Shown here one piece after another: positions 45,228 to 55,412 of a stretch of DNA of 64,000 nt. How positions within the stretch are numbered: the stretch's first letter is position 1; every line of letters starts with the position of its first letter. The stretch is from Fibrobacterota bacterium. Its GTDB lineage: Bacteria > Fibrobacterota > Fibrobacteria > UBA11236 > JADFYW01. The translations under genes were made by a program, and so were the position numbers. The notes under the pieces are model-generated. The model saw only the letters and a list, made by a program, of their open reading frames with translations, made no database searches and was not told the origin of the DNA. The stretch is from the NCBI GenBank assembly GCA_042567505.1, contig JBHPJW010000006.1:1828-65827 (forward strand), given 5' to 3'.

Positions 45228-46160
45228 CTAGAGGTTAACTAAAGCCCAGTACACTCCCTTCACCACTTCCGCCATTTTCTCAAAGTCAAGGGTGTCGATA
45301 GTATCGGTGATATTGTGGTAGTTGGGATTTCTGTAATTTGCGGTGTCAGTGATCATCACGGCCGGGTAACCCCGGTTCCAGAAGTTGAGATGGTCTGAGA
45401 GGTCGATGGCGGGCAGCAGACGGGGCGCGCAAAGAGACTGGACGTCTATGTTTGAGCCCTGTTTCATAAATGCTTCCATATGGTCGACCAGATCACCCTG
45501 TCCCCATTTTCCCACCACCGCGATAAAGTTCCCCCGCTTGGGATACATCCAATCCAGGAAAAAGGCCGGATATTCCTGTGAGTTTTCCTCGGTAAAAAAA
45601 CCTATCATCTCCAGGCAGATCATGGCCCTGACCTGTACACCGGCGTGGGACAGTGACCAGGCGTGCACGGCGCTTCCCATCAGGTCCGTACGGTAAAAAG
45701 GGGGCTCCTCCAGCGTATAAGCCGCCAAGTCCACCCGGTATTTCAGGTCGGGTTTCAGGCTGTCCAGCAGCCTGGCTATTTCCAGCAATCCCGCCACTCC
45801 GCTGGCATTGTCGTCCGCGCCGGGCTGGCTGCCGGCCACGTCGTAATGCGCGCCTACAATAATCCGTTCCCCGGTTTCCGGTCCAAAGGAGCAGATGATG
45901 TTGCGGTACTGGTTTTCACCGGCCTTGTAGTTTTGTGAATCAACTCTGGCGTACAGCGATTTGAACTTCGCGGAAATATAATCGGCAACTGAATTCAGGG
46001 ATTCAAGGTTGGCGAAGTTCCTGGGCGGTGAAACCGAGGAAAGAACTTCCACGTGTCCATACATCCGATCCCGGTCAGCGGGGATTTCGGGATGAGAGGA
46101 CCTTGATGAGGATTCAGCGGGTGGGCAGACCATGAGGAGGATAAAGACCAGGACAGGCAA
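45228..46160 (-). CDS. M28-family zinc aminopeptidase, secreted
   Basis: Signal peptide; metal-binding region GAHYDVAGSQPGADDNASGVAGLLEIARLL. Confidence 0.8.
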   Translation of the reverse strand: MPVLVFILLMVCPPAESSSRSSHPEIPADRDRMYGHVEVLSSVSPPRNFANLESLNSVADYISAKFKSLYARVDSQNYKAGENQYRNIICSFGPETGERIIVGAHYDVAGSQPGADDNASGVAGLLEIARLLDSLKPDLKYRVDLAAYTLEEPPFYRTDLMGSAVHAWSLSHAGVQVRAMICLEMIGFFTEENSQEYPAFFLDWMYPKRGNFIAVVGKWGQGDLVDHMEAFMKQGSNIDVQSLCAPRLLPAIDLSDHLNFWNRGYPAVMITDTANYRNPNYHNITDTIDTLDFEKMAEVVKGVYWALVNL

Positions 46161-46169
46161 CTTCAGGCC

Positions 46170-48131
46170 TTACTCAATCTTTTCCCGGTATGATAATCCA
46201 AACCTATTATCAGGATCAAGCTTCAGCAGTTCTCCAATTGATTTCCTGGCCTCGTCCGGCTGGTTCATGGTGTTGTATGTGACTGCCAGGGCACCCAGGG
46301 CGTGTATTTTCTGCTTCTGGTTAATCCCGGCATAGGTAAGGGCGTGCTGGTAACAGAGATTTGCTTCCATGATCCTTCCAAAGTCGTTTAACTCATCGGC
46401 CATCCGTAAGCAGCCGGCGGCGTCTGTGGGCCATTGCTCATTGCGGAACATTTGCATCAGCTCTTTTTCCCTGTCAACAGGAGGACCTTTCTCTTCCTGA
46501 GTCCTCTCGGGCTTGGAGGCGATATTCTTTTTCCTGGACTGTCCGGCCCGCTGCTCAAGGTCACGGGATTCACTGTCCATGGCTTCCAGAGCCTGATCAG
46601 TCTCATCAGGCAGCGGGTATTCCATTTCTTCAGTTTTTGTTTTCGCAACAGGGGAACCGGACGGAGGAACGGGTGGAATTTCCTGGAGTGGGATTTGGAT
46701 CTGCCCTGCCCCGGGGGCCGGATCCACTTTACCTTCCCCGGAGGCTATCTGCTTTACCATAAGGGCCGCCAGCACGACAAAAACCAGGGCCAGCCCAGAA
46801 ATCACAATCGACATTACCATTTTGGGATTTTTTCCACGTGGTTTGGGTGGAGTATATACTCCTGTCCTCTGCTGCTGAAACCCCTTAAAGCCAAACATGC
46901 TGTAACTGGCATCCTGTGATTGCGGTGGTGGCGTACCATATTGTTTCTCTTCCAGAGAAGATTCCTTTTGTTGCCGGATCTGGCCGGGAAAATCCCGGGA
47001 GCTGGAGAGTCCCGATACTCCAGGTCTTTCCAGTTCGGAACTGAATTCCCGCGATTCGGGAATGGGTTGGCTTACCGCACCCGGATCAAACATGGTCTGC
47101 TGGGTGATGGGAGGGGCCTGTGGCGGGGAGGGTCTATCCGGCTCCAGGGAGTCCTGGAAATCAGGTTCAGGAGCAAAGGAAGCCGAAGAATCTGATTCAG
47201 GAGCAAAGGAAGCGCTGGAACCCGGCGGGAACATTTCCGCGTCCTTTGCAGGGGTAACGGGGGGGGATGGACTATCAAATGCTGATGGACCGGATTTGGC
47301 AAGACCGGCCCCGGACGGTTTGTTATAAGAAAGAGCAGCAGTCAAATCCCAGAGCGCATTGCTGAAAGTACCGGCCTCCTGGAAACGCTTTTCCGGATCC
47401 GGATCAAGGGCGCGACCGAGAAACTCATTTACCATAGGTTCAGAAAAGTTGAGACCGGCCATAATGTCTCCCGGCTTTTCCGGGACGAGCCTGCCGGTTA
47501 GCAAGCGGTATACCAGGGCTCCAATGCTATAGAGATCCGCACTTGGGTAAGAGAGGGAGCCATCGGTACGGATTTCCGGCGCGCGGCATCCATTGAACAG
47601 AGAAAGGATTGGCAGGTACTTTGAAATTTCCAGGTCGGTCATGCCCCGGGGATCCCAATCCACCAGTTTGGCGCCCATGTCGCTCACGATGATGTTATGG
47701 GGATGGATGTTCAGATGCTTTCCGCTCTCATGCATTTTCTGCAACCCCTGACAGGCCTGCCATAGAATCTCAACGCCTTTGGCAATCTTGTTTGGACTGT
47801 CTTTCTCTTTAGCCAACCATTCATTAAAGTTCTTTCCCTGAATAAATTCCCGTATCAGGTAGATGCGGCCCATTTCCTCATTGATCTCAATACATCGGCA
47901 AAGGTTGTCATGTTGTAGGGAGGTGACTTTTCCCGCCTGCAGGAAAAAATTGGGGCTATTGAGGTAACCGGAAGAAATTTGCGGATAATACAGCTTGATG
48001 CAAACTTTTTCCTCGCTGTAATTCTCATTTCCAAGGAAGCTCTGGCTATTGACAGAAGGATCAAGGATGGATTCAATTACATATTTACCCGCAATAACGC
48101 CGCCGACTTGGTATTCAGATGCTGGGCTCAT
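46170..48131 (-). CDS. membrane-spanning Ser/Thr-kinase-like pseudokinase with extracytoplasmic TPR domain
   Basis: Kinase fold (VCIKL lysine; APE motif CRAPEI) but catalytic loop HLNIHPHNII instead of HRDLKPENIL and DWD instead of DFG; S/P-rich linker, TM helix, C-terminal TPR-like repeats. Confidence 0.7.
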   Translation of the reverse strand: MSPASEYQVGGVIAGKYVIESILDPSVNSQSFLGNENYSEEKVCIKLYYPQISSGYLNSPNFFLQAGKVTSLQHDNLCRCIEINEEMGRIYLIREFIQGKNFNEWLAKEKDSPNKIAKGVEILWQACQGLQKMHESGKHLNIHPHNIIVSDMGAKLVDWDPRGMTDLEISKYLPILSLFNGCRAPEIRTDGSLSYPSADLYSIGALVYRLLTGRLVPEKPGDIMAGLNFSEPMVNEFLGRALDPDPEKRFQEAGTFSNALWDLTAALSYNKPSGAGLAKSGPSAFDSPSPPVTPAKDAEMFPPGSSASFAPESDSSASFAPEPDFQDSLEPDRPSPPQAPPITQQTMFDPGAVSQPIPESREFSSELERPGVSGLSSSRDFPGQIRQQKESSLEEKQYGTPPPQSQDASYSMFGFKGFQQQRTGVYTPPKPRGKNPKMVMSIVISGLALVFVVLAALMVKQIASGEGKVDPAPGAGQIQIPLQEIPPVPPSGSPVAKTKTEEMEYPLPDETDQALEAMDSESRDLEQRAGQSRKKNIASKPERTQEEKGPPVDREKELMQMFRNEQWPTDAAGCLRMADELNDFGRIMEANLCYQHALTYAGINQKQKIHALGALAVTYNTMNQPDEARKSIGELLKLDPDNRFGLSYREKIE

Positions 48132-48182
48132 TTTGTCAGTAGGGGTTTGTTTTTTTTGGGACTATAAAAAGTAATAATAGTA

Positions 48183-48215
48183 GGGAGTAGGGAGAGGGGA
48201 GTTTGATTAATTATA
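48183..48215. repeat. heptad repeat array (GTAGGGAG-type), related to the array at 58345-58372
   Basis: agtagggagtagggagaggggagtt is the reverse complement of ctccctactccctactcc. Confidence 0.7.
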
Positions 48216-48483
48216 AATTAAGTAAAAGACCTTAGGGAATCAGATATGCGGTTAATGTAGATTCTTCTTTCTGATTTCTGGTCCCGCCAACCTGTCCTGC
48301 ATAGCTCGCCAAGAGACGCGGGAAGGTGGGATAAAATCCTGTACATCCTGTTATCTTGTCAAAAAACAACGCCCATTTCCGGTTTGGGCAATTAAAACAT
48401 TATTTACAGGATGAAACACTACCCGATGTTAGATTAATTAATTTGAATAATAATAAGGAAATTATCCCTGAAAACCCAAATCC

Positions 48484-49911
48484 ATGCCTGAGATAGATAT
48501 TAACGCAGTACAATCCGCGCCTTTGCCCGGGCAGTTATTGGATATTGCCGGGAAAATCAGGGCCGAGGGAGGCGAGTCGTATATTGTCGGAGGGTGGGTC
48601 AGGGATTGCCTGCTTGGTATTTCTTCCAGCAATTATGACCTGGAAATATATGGGATTGAACTGGATAGTCTGGCAAACATCCTTTCCAGATACGGTAGGC
48701 CTAAAACAGTGGGTAGAGCCTTTGGGGTGGTGACCATGGATATCGGGGGCGAAAGTTATGATTTTGCCTTTCCCCGCACGGAATCAAAAATTGGAAAAGG
48801 CCACAAGGGATTCATGGTTAAGCCTGATCCGTGCCTTACCTATGAGGAGGCGGCCGCCCGCAGGGACTTCACGGTAAATTCCATGGGACTACGAGTTCCG
48901 GAACTGGAACTTGTTGATCCTCACGGTGGCGTTGCTGACCTGAAAGCAGGCATCTTAAGGCATGTGTCCGATGCCTTTGGGGAGGACCCTCTGAGAGCCT
49001 TACGGGCAGTCCAGTTTTCGGCGCGCTTTACCATGGACATTGATCCCGAAACACAAAAGCTCTGCGCGGTCCAACCGCTGGAGGAATTGCCACCTGAGCG
49101 CATTTACCAGGAGTTCAGGAAGCTCCTGCTTAAAGCGGACAAGCCGTCCATTGGTCTGGAATGGATGAAGAAAATGGACCTGTTGCGATATTTTCCGGAA
49201 CTCAAAGCCCTGATTGGTGTCCAACAGGACCCGGAATGGCACCCGGAAGGGGACGTGTGGGAGCATAACAACAGGGTAGTGGATGAAGCCGCTTTGATTC
49301 GCGACCGGGATATAAAAGATGAAGAAACGGACTCGGAATTTGAAAGAATGTCCCTGATGCTGGGCGCGCTGTGCCATGATTTCGGCAAACCGGGAACGAC
49401 CGTGTTGAAGGACGGTCACTGGCGAAGTCCGGCACACGAAGCTGAGGGGGAAAAACACGCCCGTTCGTTCCTAGCCCGCATAACCAGGGACCAGAGGTTG
49501 ATAAGCAGGGTGGTGGCCTATGTTCGCGAGCATTTAAAACCAGCCCTGTATTACAAGGTCCGGAATGAAATCAAACCTTCCGCTATCCGGCGGTTGTCCC
49601 TTCGTGTCGACATAGACAAACTGGTACGCATGGCAAGAGCGGATCACTTTGGCCGCACGACCCAAGATGCTCTGGAAAGGAGATTTGAGGCAGGGGACTG
49701 GCTGCTGGAACAATCCCGTCAGCTCAACGTCCTGGATCAGAAACCAAAACCCATCCTGACCGGCAAGATGCTGCTATCCCTCGGGATGAAACCAGGGCCC
49801 CGGATGGGACAAATAATCGGGGAAAGTTTTGAGCTTCAGCTTGATAATAAGTTGACCAGCCAAGAGGACGTGCTGGAATGGGCCAAGGATAGGCTAAAAG
49901 GGGAGAGTTAG
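48484..49911 (+). CDS. cca: CCA-adding tRNA nucleotidyltransferase with HD domain
   Basis: Pol-beta NT motif GGWVRDCLLG...DLEIYG; HD motif LGALCHDFGKP. Confidence 0.85.
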   Translation: MPEIDINAVQSAPLPGQLLDIAGKIRAEGGESYIVGGWVRDCLLGISSSNYDLEIYGIELDSLANILSRYGRPKTVGRAFGVVTMDIGGESYDFAFPRTESKIGKGHKGFMVKPDPCLTYEEAAARRDFTVNSMGLRVPELELVDPHGGVADLKAGILRHVSDAFGEDPLRALRAVQFSARFTMDIDPETQKLCAVQPLEELPPERIYQEFRKLLLKADKPSIGLEWMKKMDLLRYFPELKALIGVQQDPEWHPEGDVWEHNNRVVDEAALIRDRDIKDEETDSEFERMSLMLGALCHDFGKPGTTVLKDGHWRSPAHEAEGEKHARSFLARITRDQRLISRVVAYVREHLKPALYYKVRNEIKPSAIRRLSLRVDIDKLVRMARADHFGRTTQDALERRFEAGDWLLEQSRQLNVLDQKPKPILTGKMLLSLGMKPGPRMGQIIGESFELQLDNKLTSQEDVLEWAKDRLKGES

Positions 49912-50058
49912 ATTTTCTCACTTAACCGGAGGTTTCTCATCCCTGAACATCACTTGGTATGAGGAAGGACTGCGGTTTCGGCCAACGATATCTAATATTT
50001 GTAATAATCGGAAAAAATGATTAATATTGCTGATATTATTAAATAAGCAAGAACAGTC

Positions 50059-50352
50059 ATGAAAAAGAAAATCCACCCAAAATACCAACCAGTAGTATTT
50101 GAAGACGTGACCGCAGAACACAGGTTTCTCTCCAAGTCCACCCTGACCTCTGGCGAGACTGTGGAATGGGAGGATGGAAAAAGCTATCCGCTTATACAGG
50201 TGGAAGTTACGTCAGCTTCACACCCCTTTTATACAGGGGAAAAGGTCTTTATAGATACCGCCGGACGAGTGGAAAGCTTTAAGAAACGGTATACTTCCAT
50301 AGTCGGCGCCAAAAGAAAAACCCGCCGGAAAAAACCCGATAAAGACCAGTAG
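50059..50352 (+). CDS. rpmE: 50S ribosomal protein L31 (type B, no zinc-binding cysteines)
   Basis: MKKKIHPKYQPVVFE...HPFYTGEK...GRVESFKKRY; lacks the CxxC pairs. Confidence 0.85.
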   Translation: MKKKIHPKYQPVVFEDVTAEHRFLSKSTLTSGETVEWEDGKSYPLIQVEVTSASHPFYTGEKVFIDTAGRVESFKKRYTSIVGAKRKTRRKKPDKDQ

Positions 50353-50446
50353 CTTGACTTAGCGCAATCCATCCAGTACAGGGGAAACACCACCTGTATA
50401 TTTTAAACTAGCATTCATTGTGTTTTCCATGCAAAGGAGATGACTC

Positions 50447-51529
50447 ATTAATTACCTGGAACAAGCACGTAAGGCCATTCAACGCAGGGAAGATATTGAA
50501 GCCCAGATAGCCGAACCCGAGGTTATTGGCGATGTCTCGAGATATACTGCATTGGCAAAAACTCTCAAGAGCCTGGAAAAAGTAGCGGAAAAATCACGTG
50601 AATATACTGACTTACATACAGAAATACAGGAGTGGATAGAAGTTTCAAAGGACCCCAGTGATCCAGAAATGCAGCAGGCTTCAGAAAGGGAACTCATCGA
50701 TCTGCAGAAAAAGTCCAGGGAAATGGAAGAAGAATTGAAATTTCTGTTAATTCCAAAGGATCCGACCGATTTAAAAAACGTACTGCTTGAAATTCGCGCC
50801 GGGACCGGAGGGGATGAGGCCAGTATTTTTACCGGGGATCTCTTCAGGATGTACAGGGCTTTTTCTGAGTCTAAGGGATGGAGTTTCAACGTAATTAGTT
50901 TTACCGAAGGAACCATGGGGGGATTCAAAGAGATAATATCTGAAATTGAGGGTGATGAATGTTATGGAATCCTCAAGTATGAAAGCGGCGTCCACAGGGT
51001 ACAGCGGGTTCCAGTCACCGAGTCTCAGGGGCGGATTCATACTTCGGCTGCGACTGTGGCCGTGATGCCGGAAGCGGAGGAAGTGGATGTGGAAATCCAG
51101 GATACTGATGTGAGAATAGATACGTATCGTTCTTCGGGACATGGCGGCCAGAGTGTGAATACCACCGATTCGGCTATCAGAATCACCCACCTGCCCACTG
51201 GAATGGTTGTAACCTGTCAGGATGAAAAATCACAACTGAAGAATAAGGACAAAGCAATGAAGGTCCTTAGGTCCAGACTGCTGGACGCCAGGATTGCGGA
51301 ACAACAGCAGGAGAGAGCCGCGCAGAGGAAATCCCAGGTGGGCTCTGGAGACAGGTCAGCTAAAATCAGGACCTACAATTATCCCCAGGGCCGGGTCACA
51401 GACCACAGGATAAATTTATCCCTTTATGCCCTTGACGGCATCATCAGGGGGGACCTCCAGCAGCTGATTGAAGCACTGGCGATTGAGGAAATGACGGAGA
51501 AATTGAGGGAATTAGAACAAATTGATTAA
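50447..51529 (+). CDS. prfA: peptide chain release factor 1 (start codon non-ATG, position uncertain)
   Basis: PVT tripeptide (RVPVTESQGRIHTSAATVAVMPE) and the GGQ motif region around HGGQSVN. The RF1-homologous frame extends upstream of the first TTG to a TGA at 50441; only ATT (50447) or CTG (50456) follow a GGAGA Shine-Dalgarno. Confidence 0.85.
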   Translation: MNYLEQARKAIQRREDIEAQIAEPEVIGDVSRYTALAKTLKSLEKVAEKSREYTDLHTEIQEWIEVSKDPSDPEMQQASERELIDLQKKSREMEEELKFLLIPKDPTDLKNVLLEIRAGTGGDEASIFTGDLFRMYRAFSESKGWSFNVISFTEGTMGGFKEIISEIEGDECYGILKYESGVHRVQRVPVTESQGRIHTSAATVAVMPEAEEVDVEIQDTDVRIDTYRSSGHGGQSVNTTDSAIRITHLPTGMVVTCQDEKSQLKNKDKAMKVLRSRLLDARIAEQQQERAAQRKSQVGSGDRSAKIRTYNYPQGRVTDHRINLSLYALDGIIRGDLQQLIEALAIEEMTEKLRELEQID

Positions 51530-51595
51530 ATAAATGGCCTCGTCCCGGCCACCCTTATCGTTACCCTTGGTTAATAATTCCCTTGGTAAAATCCC

Positions 51596-52474
51596 ATGGC
51601 AGAACTTTCACTAATTGAAATCCTGAACAAAACCGCTGAGCATTTTAAGAAGAAGGGCATCAGGAATCCCCGCCTGGACGCTCAGTTATTATTAGCTACT
51701 GCACTCAAACTCAATAGGATAGATTTGTATTTGAATTATGACAGACCCCTGTCAAAAGGGGAGCTGGACGCAATGAGGGAGATGGTCAGGCGCAGGTCGG
51801 CCCGGGAACCGCTGCAGCACATTCTTGGGAGAGTGCAATTCAGAGAATTAATATTAAATGTTGATAAAAGAGCCCTTGTTCCGAGGCAGGAAACCGAATT
51901 GCTTATCGATCATGTAAAAGATGTTGAGCATCAGCTGGAAACAGCAGGTCATCCCCGGAAGGATCTTACAGCTCTGGATGTCGGTGTGGGATCAGGGGCT
52001 GTTTATCTTTCAATTAAAAGAGAAATTCCCCAAATCACCACTTTTGGGGTTGAGTTGTCCGCTGATGCCTTAGCCCTGGCAAGGGAGAATGCAGAGCTCA
52101 ATACCCTTAAATTGGACGACAACCTGGTGCAGGGTGACACGTTTCAGCCTTTTGCTCCTGGGCAGAAATGGGACCTTATCGTGTCAAACCCTCCCTATGT
52201 GTCCAGACAGGAATTTGATACCCTGGATCCGGAGGTCAAATTTTGGGATCCTCCCTCTGCGCTTATTGGGGGTGATACGGGTACGGAATATCCTGCAAAG
52301 CTCATTCGTGAGTCCTTTGACAGGACTTGTTCGGGAGGATTTCTAATCATGGAAATAGGTGAGGAACAGGGATCGTTTCTTGTTGAGGAGGCTCGTCGAT
52401 GCCGTTGGGAAGTCAGTAGGGTCAAGCGGGACTATAACGGAAAAGAGCGGTTTTTGATACTGAAAAGGCAATGA
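51596..52474 (+). CDS. prmC: release factor glutamine N5-methyltransferase PrmC/HemK
   Basis: NPPY motif (LIVSNPPYVSRQE); SAM-binding LDVGVGSGAV; follows prfA. Confidence 0.9.
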   Translation: MAELSLIEILNKTAEHFKKKGIRNPRLDAQLLLATALKLNRIDLYLNYDRPLSKGELDAMREMVRRRSAREPLQHILGRVQFRELILNVDKRALVPRQETELLIDHVKDVEHQLETAGHPRKDLTALDVGVGSGAVYLSIKREIPQITTFGVELSADALALARENAELNTLKLDDNLVQGDTFQPFAPGQKWDLIVSNPPYVSRQEFDTLDPEVKFWDPPSALIGGDTGTEYPAKLIRESFDRTCSGGFLIMEIGEEQGSFLVEEARRCRWEVSRVKRDYNGKERFLILKRQ

Positions 52475-52485
52475 GTTTTCCCTAA

Positions 52486-52510
52486 CTTATCAACGTAATG
52501 TTGATAATTT
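52486..52510 (+). terminator. hairpin after prmC (ttatcaac-gtaat-gttgataa) with short T-tract
   Basis: Perfect 8-bp inverted repeat read directly. Confidence 0.4.
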
Positions 52511-52639
52511 ATGGAAAAACATAAAACCCCCATTTTTTTACTCTGCTTGGCAATAATTAGGAATAAATTTATACTTTCGGTTCCCTGAAACGCCATTTTT
52601 TCCGAAATCAGATATTTAGATATTAGATTTTCATAGAAA

Positions 52640-52713
52640 AAGGGCATGTAGCTCAGTTGGTTAGAGCACCGCTCTGATAAGGCGGTGGTCGGAAGTTCAA
52701 ATCTTCCCATGCC
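52640..52713 (+). tRNA. tRNA-Ile (GAT)
   Basis: gggcatgtagctcagttggttagagcaccgctctgataaggcgg...; anticodon loop cTGATAa; CCA not encoded. Confidence 0.9.
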
Positions 52714-52723
52714 CAGGTTTCAG

Positions 52724-52762
52724 GAGTCAGTCAAATTGCCGTCTGACTCCTGGAGACGTGGG
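52724..52762. repeat. hairpin built from the CAGGAGTCAG motif between tRNA-Ile and tRNA-Ala
   Basis: caggagtcagtcaaattgccgtctgactcctgg. Confidence 0.7.
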
Positions 52763-52835
52763 GTTATAGCTCAGTTGGTAGAGCACCTGCTTTGCACGCA
52801 GGGGGTCAGGAGTTCGACTCTCCTTAACTCCACCA
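52760..52835 (+). tRNA. tRNA-Ala (TGC)
   Basis: ggggttatagctcagttggtagagcacctgctttgcacgcagg...; anticodon loop tTTGCAc; CCA encoded. Confidence 0.9.
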
Positions 52836-52858
52836 CCTCGCTTCATCCGAAAAATATT

Positions 52859-52888
52859 AGTAACGGCGTGCCGGCGGCACGCCGCTAC
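52859..52888. repeat. palindromic element GGCGTGCC-GGC-GGCACGCC
   Basis: taacggcgtgccggcggcacgccgctac directly after tRNA-Ala. Confidence 0.7.
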
Positions 52889-52958
52889 AATTTCAATTTT
52901 TTCATGGATAGGGGGATCGAGAGAGTGGGGGGACTCCTGACCACTTTCTACTCCCCCA

Positions 52959-53867
52959 TCACCCCGGTTCGCTTGGCAGATTGTGGACCGCTGGCGTGAA
53001 TTTAGCCATGGATTTTTTGTAAGACAGCGGGGAGGTTCCAGTGCATTTTTTAAAAGCGCGGCTGAAAGAGTAAAGAGAGTCATATCCGCATCGATACGCT
53101 ATTTCTGACACATTTAAGCTGGAACTTATTAAAAAGGATCGTGCCCGGTTAATGCGCAACTGCTTTATATAAACTCCTATGCTGATACCCATTTTCTTGC
53201 GGAAAAGATAGCGCAAATGGCTTTCGGAAAGGGAAAAACTTTTCGCGATCTTTTCCAACTTTATCTGCCTGCCTATGTTTTTCCATATATATCCATTCAC
53301 CCTGTCTATCAGGGAGCTCCTAGAAAAGTATCTTCTGGAAGCGGTTCTTGAGCAATTATTAAGAAGTTCCATAAGGATAAGGCCCGCCAGCAGAAACATC
53401 TGGATAAAATTATTGTTTTTTACGTTTTCTTTATGGTGATAGTTGTCCAGGAGGTGTTGCAGATAGACATAACAGGGGTTTGAAAGTTCCAGTTGTGAAT
53501 TTCTCATGGGTTCAAGGGGTGTGGTATCATAGATCTCAAATGTTATGCAGAGCCAGTTGATGGATGTTGAGTCAATATCGAGGTAGTGATGGTATTGGTG
53601 TGGGAATATCAGCAGGGCGTAGCCGGGTCCGAAGTCAAAAATTCGGCTGTCTATTACCACTTTACCCGCGGTCTCCAGGTTAATAATGAGAACGAACCTG
53701 TGATGGAAATGCAGTTCTTTCCCAAGATCCCGGGAGCGGTGTCTGTGGAAAACTATCAGGTTCTTTGGCAGCTCAAACTGGACGGAAGAAATTCCCTTGA
53801 AATAACTCCTGGGAGAGGGAATCCTCCTGGCTATGTTTATGGCTTTTTCCGGTTCTGAAACCTGCAT
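52959..53867 (-). CDS. AraC-family transcriptional regulator (N-terminal cupin-like sensor, C-terminal HTH)
   Basis: C-terminal AraC HTH (LSESHLRYLFRKKMGISIGVYIKQLRINRARSFL...VSEIAYRCGYDSLYSFSRAFKKCTGTSP). Confidence 0.8.
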   Translation of the reverse strand: MQVSEPEKAINIARRIPSPRSYFKGISSVQFELPKNLIVFHRHRSRDLGKELHFHHRFVLIINLETAGKVVIDSRIFDFGPGYALLIFPHQYHHYLDIDSTSINWLCITFEIYDTTPLEPMRNSQLELSNPCYVYLQHLLDNYHHKENVKNNNFIQMFLLAGLILMELLNNCSRTASRRYFSRSSLIDRVNGYIWKNIGRQIKLEKIAKSFSLSESHLRYLFRKKMGISIGVYIKQLRINRARSFLISSSLNVSEIAYRCGYDSLYSFSRAFKKCTGTSPLSYKKSMAKFTPAVHNLPSEPG

Positions 53868-54421
53868 GAGTAATCAAAATTGTTAAAAAATAAGACAAAA
53901 ATGTTATTTAATTGTAAAACTCGATTAATATAATATAAATTTATCAATTTTTAACAATATTCTGGCGTTAGAAGAAGAAACAAGTCTGGAGTGAGGAGCG
54001 GGGAGCAAGAAGAATGGTATCTCAGTGCTCTCAACTAATATACACCCGCCAGCAGGCCCGGGAAAATAAAAAGGAGATATACAGACTGGAAACCGCGAAC
54101 CTTATATAAATGATACGTCAGTTAATTTAATTCAGGCGCCCTGTTTGCGCATGGTTTATTTAATTAAATATGCGTTCATATAAAGATGAATCACTCTTTG
54201 TGGTTTATGGTAAGAGAATCGCTATGTTTCTATTCTTAAACTATAGTAAGACCCTGATAATACGGGACTCCCCGGCCTCCTTGCCAATCTTCGGTAACAT
54301 CTCCCCCGATGTTATATAAGGTCCGTGAACAGTTGACATTTCAACTCCTAATATGTACAATTTACTTCTTTTTTAGAATCATTTCATTCAATTAATATTT
54401 GAGAAACGGAGGAAAAAACTC

Positions 54422-55231
54422 ATGAGGATGCTTATTCATAAAGATTATGAAACCTTAAGCAAATGGATAGCCTGTTATGTCGCCAAGAAGATAAAGGATT
54501 TTAATCCTACCCCGGACAAGCCTTTTGTTCTGGGACTGCCCACCGGTTCGTCTCCCATTGGTACTTACAAAGAACTGGTTAATCTGCACAAAGCCGGCAA
54601 GGTTTCTTTTAAAAACGTGGTTACTTTTAACATGGACGAGTACGTGAATATTCCAGAAGATCACCCGGAAAGTTATCATTTTTTCATGAAGGACAATCTT
54701 TTTGACCATGTTGATATTCCGGCCGAAAATGTGAATATCCTTAATGGAAACGCCGATGATCTGGAAAAGGAATGCCAGGAATATGAAGATAAAATTAAGA
54801 AAATAGGCGGGATACACTTGTTTCTGGGAGGTATAGGTCCTGATGGGCATATCGCTTTTAACGAGCCTGGTTCATCGCTTTCTTCCCGGACCAGGGTAAA
54901 GACTCTTACTTACGACACTATTCTCGCCAATTCCAGGTTTTTTGACAACGATGTTAATAAAGTGCCCAAAACCGCCTTAACAGTGGGCGTCGGCACTGTG
55001 ATGGACTCTGATGAAGTCCTGATTATTATCAATGGATATAAAAAAGGCCGTGCGTTACAGATGGTGGTAGAAGAAGGCGTAAACCACATGTGGACGGTTT
55101 CCGGTCTGCAGCTTCATCCCCACGGTATGATTGTGGTTGATGATGAGGCCACAGCGGAGCTTAAAGTAAACACAGTAAATTACTTTAAAGACATTGAAAA
55201 GGAAGCTCTGGCTAATATGCCGGAAGTATAA
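54422..55231 (+). CDS. nagB: glucosamine-6-phosphate deaminase
   Basis: NagB fold motifs [34 protein letters not shown]. Confidence 0.85.
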   Translation: MRMLIHKDYETLSKWIACYVAKKIKDFNPTPDKPFVLGLPTGSSPIGTYKELVNLHKAGKVSFKNVVTFNMDEYVNIPEDHPESYHFFMKDNLFDHVDIPAENVNILNGNADDLEKECQEYEDKIKKIGGIHLFLGGIGPDGHIAFNEPGSSLSSRTRVKTLTYDTILANSRFFDNDVNKVPKTALTVGVGTVMDSDEVLIIINGYKKGRALQMVVEEGVNHMWTVSGLQLHPHGMIVVDDEATAELKVNTVNYFKDIEKEALANMPEV

Positions 55232-55412
55232 TACGGTTGTTTCTGTTCACACAATATGAATTCCTCCCCATTACCTGAGGCAAACGAAGGAATGGGGAGG
55301 ATTTTTTTGTTCTGGAGAGGAGTACTGTTTCTCCGGGGAAAAACAGGAAAGCAATCGAAAGAGAGATTTTTCAGTTAAAGATTTAATCACTAGTTAATAA
55401 AGGAGTTCAGGA

